DNA of 64,000 nucleotides from the NCBI RefSeq assembly GCF_009914755.1, contig NC_060928.1, one strand, 5' to 3'. Below the pieces are notes generated by a model. The model did not search any database. It was not told the DNA's origin and saw only the letters and a program-made list of their open reading frames with translations. The position numbers and the translations under genes were made by a program. This DNA comes from the human T2T-CHM13v2.0 reference genome, Homo sapiens. This document shows, piece after piece, positions 39,331 to 55,239 of this stretch; position 1 is the stretch's first letter, and each line of letters starts with the position of its first letter.

Positions 39331-40319
39331 TTCTGACTTCTTTTCACAGAAGCCCTATGCTAAAGGTAATTGAGACTACAAGTTTACTTCTGAAATTCCA
39401 AAGAAAAAATATCAAGTGTGATACCCATACATTTTCATTGTCCAAACCACCTTTGGAAGCAAAAACAGACATATTAATATGGCTTCAGTATATTAATAAT
39501 TACACCAGAACAACATTCTGCAAATTATCATTCTGGGCAAACTGAGATGTTTGGCCATGCTACCCGAGGTAGAAAGATTAAAATATACTACAGAAGTCAA
39601 CGATGGGTTTATTTTGACAGAGATTCAATTCACCCCTTTAACAAAGAATCACAGAATCTGAGAGAATAAGTAACTCCAATTCAAATTAATAGCTAGAATT
39701 TTTTGCTTGTATCTTAGCAAATGTAATAAGCCATAGCCATCAATAAAGTATTTTTCTCATATGTGAAAATAATTTAAAGGGCTTTTTTTGGCACAATGCA
39801 AAATTTGCATTTATCCAATATCCACTTTCTATTAAAAATTTATCCTGGTTTGGGCAAATTATCCTGACATGCAAATCTAAATTATTAAAATATTTAGAAG
39901 ATGATCTTTTTGCTCAATTACTGTATCATTTCCTGTTGTCATCCATGATTCTATGGTGGGTGCTTTATGAGTTCCTTATGCAAGAAAAGTAGGATAGGCA
40001 TCAAAATGGTTGACCATAGGCCTATAAATTGGTGTTCAAGAGCTGGAGCAGGCAAGGTAGGTAGAGATTTGCTGAGTGTGACATTTTTCCCTGCAAACTC
40101 ACCAGACCATAGCGTCGCAGTTTTCCTGGAGACACAGGTGCAAGGAAGAGGTAAACTGCTGCAGCATCTGTAATTCTTCCCAAGAGCCAAAGGAATCTCA
40201 GAAGTCCTGGTAAGGACACAGGCTCTCCTTCATGGAGATGGAAAATTAAGTGAAAGAGAGAGATTGGGTCGGAAAGAAGAAAGGACTACTTTTTTAGAGG
40301 TATACTGTATACCAAATAT

Positions 40320-40490
40320 TTAGCATATTACCTCATTTAAAAATAAACCTGTAAAAGTGCTGTTATTCCCACTTTGTAATTGAGGAAATTTAGGATCAAA
40401 AGAATTAATTTGCTGAAGGTTACAAAGCCAGAAAGTGCCAGAGTCAAGTTTTGAACCCTATCTTTCAGTCCCCTGCACTCTGCTCCACAC
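40320..40490 (-). mobile_element. MIR SINE fragment
   Basis: ttattcccactttgtaattgaggaaatt...gccagagtcaagttttgaaccc. Confidence 0.6.
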
Positions 40491-42268
40491 TGATATCTCA
40501 ACTCAGTTTAAGACATCAAGAAGGAAATGGTGCTTCCTGTGCCTCCCTCTTGCTCCAGGAATAATGCCTTCACTTCCTTCCAAATCAAAAGATGGTGAGG
40601 AATGGAAGCAGAAAGGCTTGAGTTTCTGAGAGAAAAAACTCAGGTCCTTAGGAGTATCAATCAGGAATATTAAGGTTAAGTAGCCCCTGCTACAAATGTT
40701 GTTGGGCTGTAAGAACAGAAAGTCAAGGTTTTTCCACAGCCCAATGCTATTCTCACTAAGATACGATACACTCATCAGGTTTTCAACCAAGTCAATTATG
40801 ATTTGTATTCATTGAAATGCCAATACAGATTCATCGCGACATATGTAGAAAACCTGACTTGAAATATTGTTTCATCAATTCCTTCCCATGCTCCTATTCC
40901 ATCCCACATTTTTTAGGCCTGAGCTATGTAAACGGAGCTAGCTGTTTCTGATTAGCAAAATTAGCTTCCCTCCCTTGTGGGTTAACATATAACACAAAAG
41001 CCTTAACTTGAAGATAAGACTGATTGCCCTTTTTAGTTAAAAAGCTTTCAACAGAAATCACAGTTAATTGGAAAAGTTTCCCTTGTGATATAAACCAAAG
41101 GGGGAAAAAAACCAGGCACTACAATAAAAAATTATCAGAAATTTAATATTTATTCTAAAAGGCAACATAAATTTAATAGCAATGGGAATTATATGGTATA
41201 TATTTATCTATTATAATTTTCTGTCAAGGTACTCCATAAATGTAAATAAGATTAAAATATTTTAAAAAATAACTGAAGAGGGAGGCTTCGTTAATTCTTT
41301 CATTGATTAATCCATTTATTTAGCATAAACAATTTTTTACATATCCATAATATGCTTGGCACAAAAAAATACAGAAATAAATAAGACAGACATAATGCCT
41401 ACCCTCATGGAGCTCATAAAGTAATAAATACGAAAACATTTCTCAAGTATCCAGTCTTTAATCCTCATTTCTGTCAGTAGAAGTCTATGCAAACATAGCC
41501 AGGGAGGTTAAAAGGAGCAATAGATTTTACGTCAAAAGGCCAGATATTGTTCTCACCCCAATTCCACCACTATCTCCATTAACATCTTACTTAAGATCCC
41601 TTTTTAGAAATGGTAGGAACCAACTCACATCAGTTTAGGAAAAATAATGGAAATTTACTAATACATATGGTAGGGATGATATTTCTTAACATGCAAATAT
41701 TACTAGTTTCTCTCAAAACTTCTCCTCTTCCCTCCATACCCTTCTCCCAAGTTTCCATATTTTTATGCTGGACAATGAAGATAATAAGAAGAAAGAACAG
41801 GAGAAGAAAGAAAGGAAAAAACAAAGTGGGAACAATGAGACATAAATCCATGCCTGTTGGAGTGGAAGGGAGAATTTTTTCAATGTGTTCTCTGAGTAGT
41901 TCCAAAATAGGACTGGGGAACTAGGATCAGATGAAAGTGGTTTTTAAACAAATGTTCCTAGGGGTTACGAATTGATACTTAAGAAACCCAAGAAAGATAG
42001 GAATTCCTTTTAGATTACTTTTTATGTGCTTCTTTATGATTCTTGCAGACACTGGGTCAAGTGGAAGCACTTCTTCCATAGGAGTTAAATTCAATAAGCT
42101 CTTTACTTCGTTTTCAAGCACTACATTTCAACAAAAATTTAAAATGTCTTCTTTAGTCCATCCCACGTGTATTCCAAGCTCTCTCACAGATGCCGTGAGA
42201 GATGCCTGTCTCAGGAACCTAAGTGCAGCTATAAAGTTTGAACTCTGAACACAGGACTCTACAGCAGT

Positions 42269-42352
42269 CCTCTTTTCTCTCTCTCTCTCTCCCTCCACCC
42301 CCTTCCTTCCTTCTCCCCCTCCTTTTTCTCATCCTCCCCCTCCTCCTCTTTC
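42269..42352 (+). repeat. Polypyrimidine (CT/CCT/CCTT) low-complexity tract
   Basis: ~84 bp of almost pure C/T. Confidence 0.85.
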
Positions 42353-43454
42353 TACAGCTTGCTGATTATAATAGGTAGAAGACAAACATCTCCAAGCACT
42401 GTGGGGCAGACAGTTTGGGTTTTGGTCACAATTCTAGATTCACATAGAGGACCCTCTGACCTAGTTCGAGGCAGATACCCACTTCGAGTCCAATCATTTA
42501 TGAGAGAGGAGCTCATCTCTGAATCTTTCAATCACCCAGAGCTTAGCTCTAAATTGGGGATAACAATAATTATAATATCTAACCTCAGCAGGGGATTATT
42601 GTGATTTTTTAAATGAGTAAATATAGATAAAAGTGATTTGGAAACAATAAAGTTCTCTTTAAATGCATTATTTATAGTACAGTACTCAAAAGCAATCTAT
42701 TTGTTGTTTATAATAACAAGTAATAGCATGTTGACTCCAACCATGCGTCTTCTCTCGAACAACCTTTTTGATTTAAAGCCAGTGTGACTGCTTTGGTGCT
42801 CAGGTGACTGGATTGCAATTCAAAGGGGCTTTTTCTTTCTTAGAGCAATGTTTGTTACCCTTTCAGAGTCACAGCATCCTGAGTCAATGATGAAAACTAG
42901 GGGAACTCTTCCCAAAAAAAACACTCACACATTCCCACACACAATATTTTGCATGTGATTTCAGGGACTCCATAAACCCACTGAAGCCCATACAGGTAAC
43001 AAGCAAAGAACCTCTTCTCTAGCTCAAGACACAGAGAACCCCAGAGGCTTAGTAACCTCCAGCTCTTCTCTCTATTAAAAGAAGAAAGGGAAAAGTCACT
43101 TTCAATAGAGTTCACTGTCACAAATGAATGAAAGCAGAAAATCCAAGGCATGAGTAGAGAAGAAAAAAAGGAGAGGAAAAAAAAACCCCACATCCTCTTA
43201 GAAGGTTACAAATTTCATTTTTATCTCTCCAAAGATCCTTTGTTTTTCAATTTGTCAAACAGTAAGCATTCTTCCTCATGTCATGCTGGAATGAGAATTA
43301 ATGTATTTCTGTCTTGTTTATTTCCTTTGGTAAAAATGGCTTTTTAAAAATTCTTGATGGTAACACTATCCGATATGATGATTCATTCATTATTAGTTTC
43401 TACTGTAAAACAACAGAAATATGAACATGAAGGTTATATAATATTTACAATCAG

Positions 43455-43479
43455 ATATATATATATATATATATATATA
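43455..43479. repeat. (TA)n microsatellite
   Basis: About 12 perfect AT units. Confidence 0.95.
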
Positions 43480-43984
43480 CACTCACACAAAATGAGATGT
43501 CAGTATGTCTCCACAACTTGCATTAAATGACTAATTTAAATCAGTTTAGACAGTATTCTACTTAAACTAGAAATTTGATTATTTATTCCACTAATTGTGC
43601 AAACTACTCATAAAGTAAATGGATAAATTTTGTTAGCATAAACATGCAATCTAGAAAATTTGGGCCAAAGCCACTATTTATAAATAGATTTTCAGCTTGA
43701 ATTATGTGAAAATTGTCACATTTACCAACACAGAGTTGCAAGTATTTCAACAGAACAAACTGTCAAATCAAATTTGTTGTTATTATGTTCCATCTAACAT
43801 ACTAAATCATATGGACATTTACCTAAATCATGTGGAAATCTAGCTAGCATCTAGTCTCCCAATATAATGCATAAATTGGAATCATCCTTGATATGAATTA
43901 AGCTGCAAAAGGCTTTAGGCTTTCTTCAGTGCCCTATGGCAGTCCTTTGCTGAGTTGTTTACATTTGCCCTCACTACACCAGAA

Positions 43985-44165
43985 TTAAAATCCTAGCTAT
44001 GGCTTTTACTAGCTGTGAGAACTTTCACAAGTTACTTGGCTTCTCTGGGCCTCAATTTCCTTATCTGTAGAGTGGGGTGACCTGAAGGATTGTTGTAAGG
44101 ACTAAATAGGAAAATGTGTGTGCCCCATACAATGCTAAGCACATATTAAGTACTCAACAAATGAT
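43985..44165 (+). mobile_element. MIR SINE
   Basis: aatcctagct...caagttacttggcttctctgggcctcaatttccttatctgta...attgttgtaaggactaaat. Confidence 0.8.
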
Positions 44166-44510
44166 AAATTGTTAATGCTAAAAAAGTTTACAAAAGACAG
44201 TGGATGAATTTCCCAATTGTTCTCCCCTGCTGTGGACATTACCCTGCACTCAAAAGACACACACACAGGATATTCTCGTTTTATAAAATTTAAACATTCA
44301 TGTTAAAATTAAAAATTAGGTAAGTATGGTGCTGAAAGAAATAGTTATTGAACATTCATATTTTCCCACCTTATCTCAGCAGTAGCTCTTATGATCCAGA
44401 AGCTAAGTTTACTATCCGAATGTATCTTCTTCAATTTTTTCTATACATTTTAGTAATTTACTACCATTTCAAACATTTTATCTTTCTGTACATAATCCAA
44501 ATATACTTTA

Positions 44511-44846
<336 letters not shown>

Positions 44847-44954
44847 CCTCCATATTGAATTTACCAAGATATGGGTCACTTACTTGTTTTAAAAATAAAT
44901 ACTAGAAGTTATATTTGAGAAACTAAACATAATAGATATTTACTGCTGTTTTTA

Positions 44955-45408
44955 ATGATTGTTTTTGTCCACCTGGCATGTGAACCCCCATATAGGTCTG
45001 TGTGGGAGGCACTTCTCATTCTAGAAGCCTAGGCCAGATGGCTGCTTTCTCAAATACCCCTGCAGCTCTGGGAAAAGCACAAGAAGAAGGTCGTGTCAAT
45101 CAAATGCCCCATTACAGATTTTGAATCAGACATTTATGACACAAAGGGGGTGGGGAATAATCTGTTTGGCAATAGCCCCCAGCCTCCAGGAGTGGTGCAG
45201 ACAGAAGGGACATCCAGAGTTCATCTGACAGCAGTTGATTCTGTGGCATAATTCTTATCTGTGGTCCTGTGTACTGCCTATTGTGCGAGTCTGACTTTCT
45301 AGCCATTACAATTCAATTAGGCACTGATTGCCTTGAGTCAATTCCGTTTCGGCTTAAATCAGCCAGAGTCAGTTTCTATTTTTTGCAAACAAGAACCCTG
45401 ACTGATAC
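44955..45408 (+). mobile_element. LTR33-like ERVL LTR
   Basis: 3' end gcttaaatcagccagagtcagtttct...caagaaccctgactgataca; 5' boundary uncertain. Confidence 0.5.
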
Positions 45409-45629
45409 ACTAAATTTAAATTTAGAAATGAAAACTTGAATGGCATTTTATAATAGGTATGTTGAAGAACAGTGGAATTTTCCCAAAGATTATAGTATCA
45501 AATTCCTACTCATTGAATCATTCAACTTAAAAATTAACAAAATATATTGACCTTGTACCTATCCAATGTAATGCCCACTTCTCTGCTTTGATTCTGCATT
45601 ATTTAGGAATAGATGTGGTTAACAGTGGG

Positions 45630-46070
45630 GGCGAGTGGAGAATAATGCAAGTGTTTCTTCTCTCATGTTAAAGAAGTCCAAATGTAGGCAATCCATTGAG
45701 TTATCAGACACCTGGATCTTTGTATCATTTTTTTTCCCACTGCATTGGATTTGGATGTCATGCTCTAAGTTACTTCATGGCCCAGAATGGCTGCTTTTGT
45801 GGTGCTAGTCATCACATGACACATTCCAAGCAGTAGGAAAAAGAAAGAAGGGAAGGGCAAAAGTAGGACTACTCCCAGGTGAATCGCTACCGTTTAAGAA
45901 ACCTGCCTGGAAACATGATGTCAAGCACCTGGTCATATGACCACAAGGGTGGCTGGAAATGAAGTCTAGATAGCGAAGTCTAGATAGCAAAGTCTAGGAA
46001 AAATGTGAGGCTCTGCTTCTAGACAAAAGGGGAAGATGGATGTTAAGAAGGCAACTAGTGTGTTTTCCAC
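45630..46070 (-). mobile_element. Old MLT1 (J/K/L-like) LTR
   Basis: aatggctgct...catcacat...cattccaagcagtagga...ggtcatatgacca...ggctggaaatg. Confidence 0.5.
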
Positions 46071-46139
46071 GCCTTCGCACACAGCAACACTTGTCAGAAA
46101 AGGAGAGTGGTTGATATTCATGCTCCTCACACTTACTTC

Positions 46140-47790
46140 ACTCAGTATTCAACCGCCTCCACTCCCCTGAAACTATTCTTGTCAAAGTCACCAACTTCCA
46201 AATTGCCACCTTAATGAAATGCTTCCATCTTCACATGTTTTTGCTTCTGAGCAGCACATGGCACCCTTTACCAGTCCTTCCCTCTTGAGACCTTCCCCCT
46301 CTTGGCCTTACTACTCACATTCTCCTGGTTTCCCTGCAACCTCTTGCCTATTCCTTCTGTCTTCTTTGCCGATTGCTTCTTCTCTGCCCTCTTCTTTGGC
46401 GACATACTCTCTCCAAGTGAACATATACAATCTGCAGCTTTAAATATCATCTACATTCTGATGACTCCTAAAAGCACATCATCAGCCCGACCTCTCCTCT
46501 GAGTTAGATAGCTATGTTTACAAATGTCTACTTAACGCCTACCCATTGGATCTCAAATACAGGCTGTTCAAAATGGCACTCCTGATTTCTAAACAAAATA
46601 AGAACAATAAGCAACTGCTATTCAGATTTCCCTACCTCTGTAAATGAATAACCATCCACACAGAGTTGCTCAAGCCTTAACACCAGTAGTCTTGGCTCTG
46701 GTTCTTCTTCCACCTTCAGACATTCAATTCACAAGTAGAATGCTGTTAGTTCCACTTCTAAAACATATTCCAAATCTGCCCACTTCTCTCTACCTCCACT
46801 GCTGCTACCCTGGTGCAAAGTTCCAAACCAACACCATTTTTCACCTGGAATGCAGAACTAACCGCCTGCAATGAACTGAATGTTCATGTTTCCCCCAAAC
46901 TCTTATGTTGAAATTCTATCCCCAAGGTGATGGTATTAGGAGGTGGGTCCTTTGGAAGGTGAATTAGGTTATGGGGCAGAGCCCTCAGGAATGAGATGTG
47001 CGCCCTTATCAAAGAGGCCCCAGAGAGCTCATTCACCCCTTCCACCATGTGAGGACCCAGCAGGAAGGCACCATCTATGAACCGGGAAACAGGCCCTCAC
47101 CAGATGCCAACCCTGACAGTGACTTCATCTTGGACTTTCCACCCTCCAGAGCTATGAGAAATAAGTTTCTGTTGTTTATCAGCCATGTAGTCTGTGGTAT
47201 TTTGTCATAGCAGCCCCTACAAACTAAGACACCACCTAGCTAACTGATTTACCAGCTTTCACACTCCCCTGCCCCACTTTTAAAAATATAAGCCAGCAGA
47301 AGATCCTTCACTGGCTTCCAATTTTGCTAAGAATCAAATCAAATGGCTTGCAAGGCTCTTTGAGATGTAGACCCTGCCTACCTCTCCGTCCTCAGCTCAT
47401 ACCTCCCTCTCCACCTCTGGCTATACTTCAGCTACATTGGGCTTCTTTCTCTTCCTTCTACATATCAGGCTCATTTTTGTTTCAGATTTCTTGCATTTCC
47501 ATCTATAGCATTGTTCCCTCCAGAGCATCACCTAGTTGGTCTCTTTTTGCCATTTATGTCTGTCAGATGTCACCGCCTCCGAGAGCCTCCCCTACCACCT
47601 CATCACCTCATCTGACATGGTTCGCCATTCACCCAGCCTCATCCTTCTGCTGTACATGCCTTTTGCTTTGTGTTAATATCCCTTACCCTTTATTGTTTTT
47701 CTGCATATTAAAATGTAGGCTCCATTACAACATAGAGCTTGTCTGTCTGGTCTTCACTATATCCTTAGCTGTGTCTAGGATAACTATCTG
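46140..47790 (+). mobile_element. L2 fragments interrupted by MLT1A
   Basis: ctgaaactattcttgtcaaagtcaccaa, catctacattctgatgactcc, gcttgtctgtctggtcttcact. Confidence 0.6.
46867..47231 (+). mobile_element. MLT1A0-like solo LTR
   Basis: tgcaatgaactgaatgtt...aactaagaca; TSD ccgcc/ccacc. Confidence 0.88.
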
Positions 47791-48940
47791 TTAGCTGAAC
47801 ACATGCGCGCTTACATGAAGAACTAGGCAGAAACACTGTATGAAATGCAGGAGGACATGGAGAGAGACTCTGAAATACAGAATCTTCACATTCAGTCATA
47901 TGAAAGCAACTTTTACCCAAGCCACTCCAAGCGGTTGTAAATAAAGGAGAAATTAAATCATGTCCAATGTGGCCCATAAGATAGTTCCAAGCATCAGGAA
48001 AGGCAGAAAATGGGGAAATGAGCAATTAGGTCAGAAGCAAAGCAGGCATACAACAGGCTGGGGTGGATTCTGGAGGAAGGACTATAGCAAGTGGCTAAAA
48101 ATCAAGCCATGAACAGCCCAAGTCTATCAGTTTCCCTATTATGTGAATTCTGGGATGTGAGGCAGCGTTGGGGCTCACCTCCTATAGGAACTAGGTAGGA
48201 GTTTAAACTCAGGAAGAAACTATCCCAGGACAGAGAAGACATTTGTACCTTGGGCAGATAGTGTCATTTAGCCAGTATGGGTCATGTGACAATGGATGCA
48301 GGGAAACTGGTAAGTGATACCTGTTGCTGCCAGTGTGTGAAAGGCTGTCTCCATACCCCTGCAAATATTAATGCTCTGTCTGTTTTCCCAAAACAAACAA
48401 GAACACAAGCACTTGTGCACCAGTGTAATCAGTATTGCACATGGCAAGTTTAATATCAATGATCAGTGTGGTCCTACACTGTTATTGGATTGCAAATTTA
48501 TTATTTCTTTCCGACTATTCAGGCACTGAAAAACATTCCTGGATATAATTTACCCTCACATGTAAACTAAATAAAGTGTGGGTATTTTTAAGTAATTAGA
48601 AGTAAAAATCATAAAATATTTTTACCCATAATCCCACTACTAGAAGCATATACTTGGTAAATATTTCCACAGAGGAAAAACTAAAACTGTATAAATATGT
48701 TTAATATAGACTTTATCATAATTTAAAACAGCAAATAAATTTCCAACAAAAGAGATATATTTAAATATATGTCTGGTTTATTAATGAATGAGCTATTAAA
48801 TTTAATAATGAGAAAATGAAATAAGCTAAATGGAAAAAGCAGAATACAAATTGTATCTACACTAAAAGCATGACTATGTATACATTGCGCATGTGCTGTG
48901 TGCATATATTGCAGCAGTGTGCTGAAGGTCATTTGTATCA

Positions 48941-49734
<794 letters not shown>

Positions 49735-50242
49735 AAGAACCAGTTGTTAAATTTTCAGGAATTTTGCAAGCCAGTTGTCAAACACAACCATTATTAAAAA
49801 TCAAATGAAACAAATTGTATTATAAAAGTAAGTAACACATTTATCATGTCCTAATTATTTTACTGCATTATCTATAGCCCTCAAGTTATTTACATCTATT
49901 GTATCTGAGTAGATGAACATTACTATGTCAGGGCATAATACTGCGCACGTCTTCCAACTCTGCCTTATTTGATATCGCATTGATAGTCTGAAATTTGCCA
50001 CAATGGGAGTGTTTATGCCAAGGAAACTGACAAATATTACGCCTAGGAAATTGACAATCAGGATTGACTTTTTGTTTTGTTTTGTTCTTTGTCTAGACTT
50101 AAGAAAATGGTAAAGAATATGTTAAAATGCAAATTAAATTGTAAAATGTATCATGTCTGTTTGAATGGCATAAAAAACTGAGGAAACATCCCTCCAGTAT
50201 TGGAAAATTATTATCCAATTTAGTAAAAAGTTTGCTCCTCTA

Positions 50243-50446
<204 letters not shown>

Positions 50447-50760
50447 TTAATTTTCTCACTTTATCTTAAACATTAATGTAAATGAAAATATCAACTAATA
50501 TTTGTGTTATAACCACACTTTAGGAGCTAGTTATTAAACATTTAACAGCACAACAATGCATGTGCATGTAAAACTACCAATCATGATTGTAAGGAAGCAA
50601 CTAAAAAACTAAAATTATGGATGGAATACTAGTTTTAAATATTTTCATTTGTAACGATTTAAAGATAAAATAACACTAATAATTTTTAGAGAGAAAAAAT
50701 AACAAATATTCAGGAAATTTAACATATTTCAAAAGAAGTAATATTATGTTATAAAACAAT

Positions 50761-51249
50761 TGTAGGAGTTCAGTCAGGGTGGCGGGAGAAAGTATAAGAG
50801 AAAATTATAGGAAAAACACAAACCTTTTTGGAAGGCCAGAGGGTTTTGCAAAAGCTTTAGGAAAGGGTTATGGCAGCCTCATCCTCTTACCTTGAGCTAA
50901 TAGTAAAAAGCAAATAACAAAGGAATGTAGAGGAATTTATCTAAATAGCTTGTTTACTCATGTTATCCTGAGACTGATCTTTGATCATTCATGCACAGAA
51001 TTGATCTGGGGAGGGCGACCATGTTAATTATCCACAGGTGTGTTGACTCAAAGCCTTTGTCATTAAATCTATACCAAATAAATGCCCACAGCACCAGCTG
51101 GTCAAGGCCATGACTGCTGACTCTTTACAGCACCCTCTTCAGTGTCTGTGGGCAGCCCAGTCCCCTAGCTCACTCTTTCACTGGATATCTGTGTCTGAGT
51201 GCATTTGTTCATCTGTCATTCGGCCAGGGTCTGCAGGTCAGACCCACCA
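50761..51249 (+). mobile_element. LTR22 solo LTR (HERV-K22/HML-5)
   Basis: tgtaggagttcagtcagggtgg start; gactctttacagcaccctc, cactggatatctgtgtctgagtgca, ggtcagacccacca end; 5-bp flanks acaat/ataat. Confidence 0.82.
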
Positions 51250-52349
51250 ATAATTAATCATCTCTAAATTATTATTTAAAACAATTAATTATTTATGTCT
51301 TCCCTTCCCTTTCCTTCCTTCCTTCCTTCCTCAAATATGTACTGAGCCCCTACTGTGGGTAAGGCACTGTTTTACCATTCCTGACTTGGTGTAGCTTATA
51401 TAATCTTGTGTAGAGTCAGAAATAAAACAAATAACTACGCAAACAAATATTTAAATGTCAATTTTGCAAATGCTATAAAAGAGAAGATCAAGAAACCCAG
51501 ACTAGGAGTACAAGGAGGGCATCTTTTATGAAGTGACTTTGAGCTGACACTAGAAGAAAATATAGGAGTTAGGCCAACAAAAAGGGTAGAAAAGAGTACC
51601 CCCAGCAGAAGGAAGAGCATAAGCAAAGGCTGAAACAGAATACAAAACTCAACCTGTAGGTCAGCCTAAGGATAGGTTAGGGTGGGGTGGGGTGGCCAAA
51701 AGTATGTCTGGGAGTGAGTAGGAACAAAGCTGGAGACTAATTGTACAGGGCCTTGTAGACAATGGTAAAGGCTTTCATTGTCATTCTAAGAATGGTGAGA
51801 CACCATCACTGAATCTTAAAATTGCCTAGGGAGTTGATGCAATGAAAATTAAGAGTCAAGTTAGCTCCACTGGGCTCCAGTTTAGAATTATCTACAACAT
51901 AGAAAGTGATATAATCTACTCTTTTTTTCTTTAGCTTTATATTATGCTCTAGATAGTAGATATAAAAAAGGAGACCAACATATCTCAGTCCCATCATACT
52001 GTAATCTAAGGAAAAGAATGTCATCAGAAGTTTTGGTTTGGCCTCACTATATTAACCCAGATACAAGTAACACAAGCCACTCATCCCACATGGCCCAATC
52101 TCTTCCCAAGATTTCCACAGATTCCCAGGGACTTCAGTTTGCTTAGTCATTCTGACACATGAAGTTATTCCAGGCACATTTTGTACTTTCCTATGGCAAC
52201 CCTGGAATCAGCCTTACTTAGCTTCCTTCCTTCCTTCCTCTTCCTCTACCCCCTCCACATTTTCCTCCTCTTTTGTCCTCTTCCCTTCTCTCTCTCTCTC
52301 CTCCTGTCTCTCTCCCTACTCCCCTCCCCTATAAAATCCATGAATGTAT

Positions 52350-52642
<293 letters not shown>

Positions 52643-52706
52643 TCATTCCTGTTTCTCCCTTTCCATATTTATAAATCCCTTTACTTACAATAAAAAACTT
52701 GGCTTC

Positions 52707-53061
52707 TGATATGGTTTGGCTGTGTCCCCACCCAAATCTCAACTTGAATTGTATCTCCCAGAATTCCCACATGTTGTGGGAGGGATCCAGGGGGAGGTAA
52801 TTGAATCATGGGAGTCGGTCTTTCCCATGCTTTTCTCGTGATAGTGAATAAGTCTCATGAGATCTCATGGGTTTATCAGGGGTTTCTGCTTTTGCTTCTT
52901 CCTCATTTTTCTCTTGCCATTGCCATGTAAGAAGTGCCTTTCACCTCTAATCATGATTCTGAGGCCTCCCTAGCCATGTGGAACTGTAAGTCCAATCAAA
53001 CCTCTTTTTGTTCCCAGTTTCAGGTGTGTCTCTATCAGCAGCATGAAAACAAACTAATACA
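52707..53061 (+). mobile_element. THE1A-type solo LTR
   Basis: tgatatggtttggctgtgtcccc...gtatctcccagaattcccac...aactaataca. Confidence 0.9.
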
Positions 53062-54778
53062 CCTCCCATTATTCTCAATATATTTTTCTATTTGCTCATG
53101 CCTAGAAGACATAGAAAATTATTTTAGAATTGCTACACCATACTACTGAGAAAACAATCATCTATATTTTTTTAAATGAAGCAACTGCAGTTCAGAATAA
53201 CTTAAATTATTTGTTTGAGGACTTGTAAATGGCAGAGATAAGATTTTACTTCTCTTTTTCTGACTCTTCCTTCTATGTTCTTCCCACCATTTCAGTTTTT
53301 TCAAGACATGAAACAAAATAATAGCTATAAATATTTTATCATTACTTTTAATTTATCAATCCCACACTCTGGAACAGTACTCAAGGTGTCAGAAACATTA
53401 GGGAGTGTGGATAGTGCCAGTTTTTACTAGACTTTTGTGGGTAAATTCTACACTTTTCATGAGGCAAACATTAAAATACAGAAGAGGTTTTTAAAATAAC
53501 TTATGACTTTTGCTGCTTCATCTTCTAAAAACTAGCCAATGAGATTAGTGAATTAATTCTAATAAGATAGATACACATTATTGTGAGCTTATTCTGATGC
53601 CTGTGAGCCTTTTCTCCACCATCTGCCCACTCACATTCCACAGAAGCAGGTTAGGCAGTGAGGGTAGAAATTATCCTGCTTCCCTAGATGGGGAGGGTGT
53701 TACTTTGCTGGAGAATCATAGGGTTAAGATTCCAAGATTTGAGATCTGGTACACAAAATCTTAAATAATGAAAAATTACAATTGCACTGTGTTGTCAGTT
53801 TGCATACCCTTGTCACCTCTGAGTGGCTGCTGGATGTGACATCCATGGCAGAGCCCAGGTATCACTAGGCAGGTCTAGACCTCAGCATATAAACAGGCTG
53901 AAAATAGAAGCACAGTTGTGTTTTTCTTTGAGCAAGAACACCTAGATAAGAAAGATAAGCATTGCAGTAAGCATGTGTACAGTAATTACAGATGTGTTAA
54001 CAGAGCTTGGGTATTATATGCCTCAAGATCTACTACTGTTTGGGCTTTGAAGCAACCATTATGCCATGATGGTGAAGCTATAATTAGAAAATATGTCATA
54101 CCAACATATTTTTGCAAAACTAAGTGAAAAATCCCACTCTTCTCCTCTATAGAAGGAGTGAGAGGATATTAGCCACAATTTTTAAAATTAAGAGGTGTTA
54201 GCAATAGGAAAGGCAATGCTATGTCTCATTTGGTGTGCCCCTGGAGTGTGGTTCTGCTCACTGTCCCTTCCTGGGACTGCGTGATGCCACCAGGAAAAGG
54301 ATGCAATAGGATTGAGATAAACAGGAGAAGTCAATGAGTTGCCATGTATTCCTACTTCTAAAGAAAGCCATTGTCCTTGAGGCCTTATTTTTTAAAAGAA
54401 TTAAATGGACTTTCAGTGAATAAAGCTTTTGCCCAAATAATCCACAGGGAAAAAAAATAATAGAATAGTACAGTCTGCTGTGGGTGGTGGGATGTGATAT
54501 GGTTGGTGGAATATTGTCTCCCAGATCAGTGTGTCTCCCCACCCCATCTTCTAAAGGCATCTCAGGACATGGCTTGGGGCCTGGAGGCTTAGAGATTCAC
54601 TGGCTCCATCTCAGCCTGAAAAAAAAGCATATGTAATGAGCTTCACCTCCACTTCCCAGGGCATCTAGAAGATGATGAGTGCTTACATCTCATCCTCTCA
54701 GCCACAGCTGGCAGGTGTCTAGCTCTCTGAAACTAGCCTAGATTTTGCTGCCTGGAATTGGTTTAAAAGTAGCTCCTG

Positions 54779-55239
54779 CCAAACGGTGCAAACAATGCAA
54801 CTATCCATTGAAAAATGAATGAATAAACAAAATGTGGCACATTCATACCTACAATGGAATGTTATTCAGTCCTAAAAAGGAATGAAATTCTGACACATGC
54901 TACAAGATGGATGGACTTAAAAGACATATACTAAGTGAAATAAGCCAGTCACAAAAGGGCAAATACAATATATGATTCCACTTATATAAAATATGAAGAG
55001 TAGTCAAATGTATAGAAATGGAAAGTAGAAAGGTGGTTGCCAGGGGCTGGGTAGAGGGGGAATGGGGAGTTATTGTTATTGGGTACAGAGTTCAGTGTGG
55101 AATGATGAAAAAAGTTCTGGAGATGGATGGTGGTAATGGTTGCACAACATTGTGAATATACTTGATGCCACTGAACTGCACACTTAAAAATGGTTAAAGT
55201 GATAAATTTCATGTCCTGTGTATTTTACCGTACTTTTTT
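54779..55239 (+). mobile_element. 5'-truncated L1MB-type 3' end
   Basis: aaggaatgaaattctgacacatgctaca, ctaagtgaaataagccagtcacaaaag, gccactgaactgcacacttaaaaatggtt; TSD aaaagtagctcctg/aaaagtagctcttg. Confidence 0.9.

Noticed and set aside
45961-45998. 14-bp tandem repeat gaagtctagatagc x ~2.7
   Set aside because: Ordinary slippage duplication inside an old MLT1 LTR.
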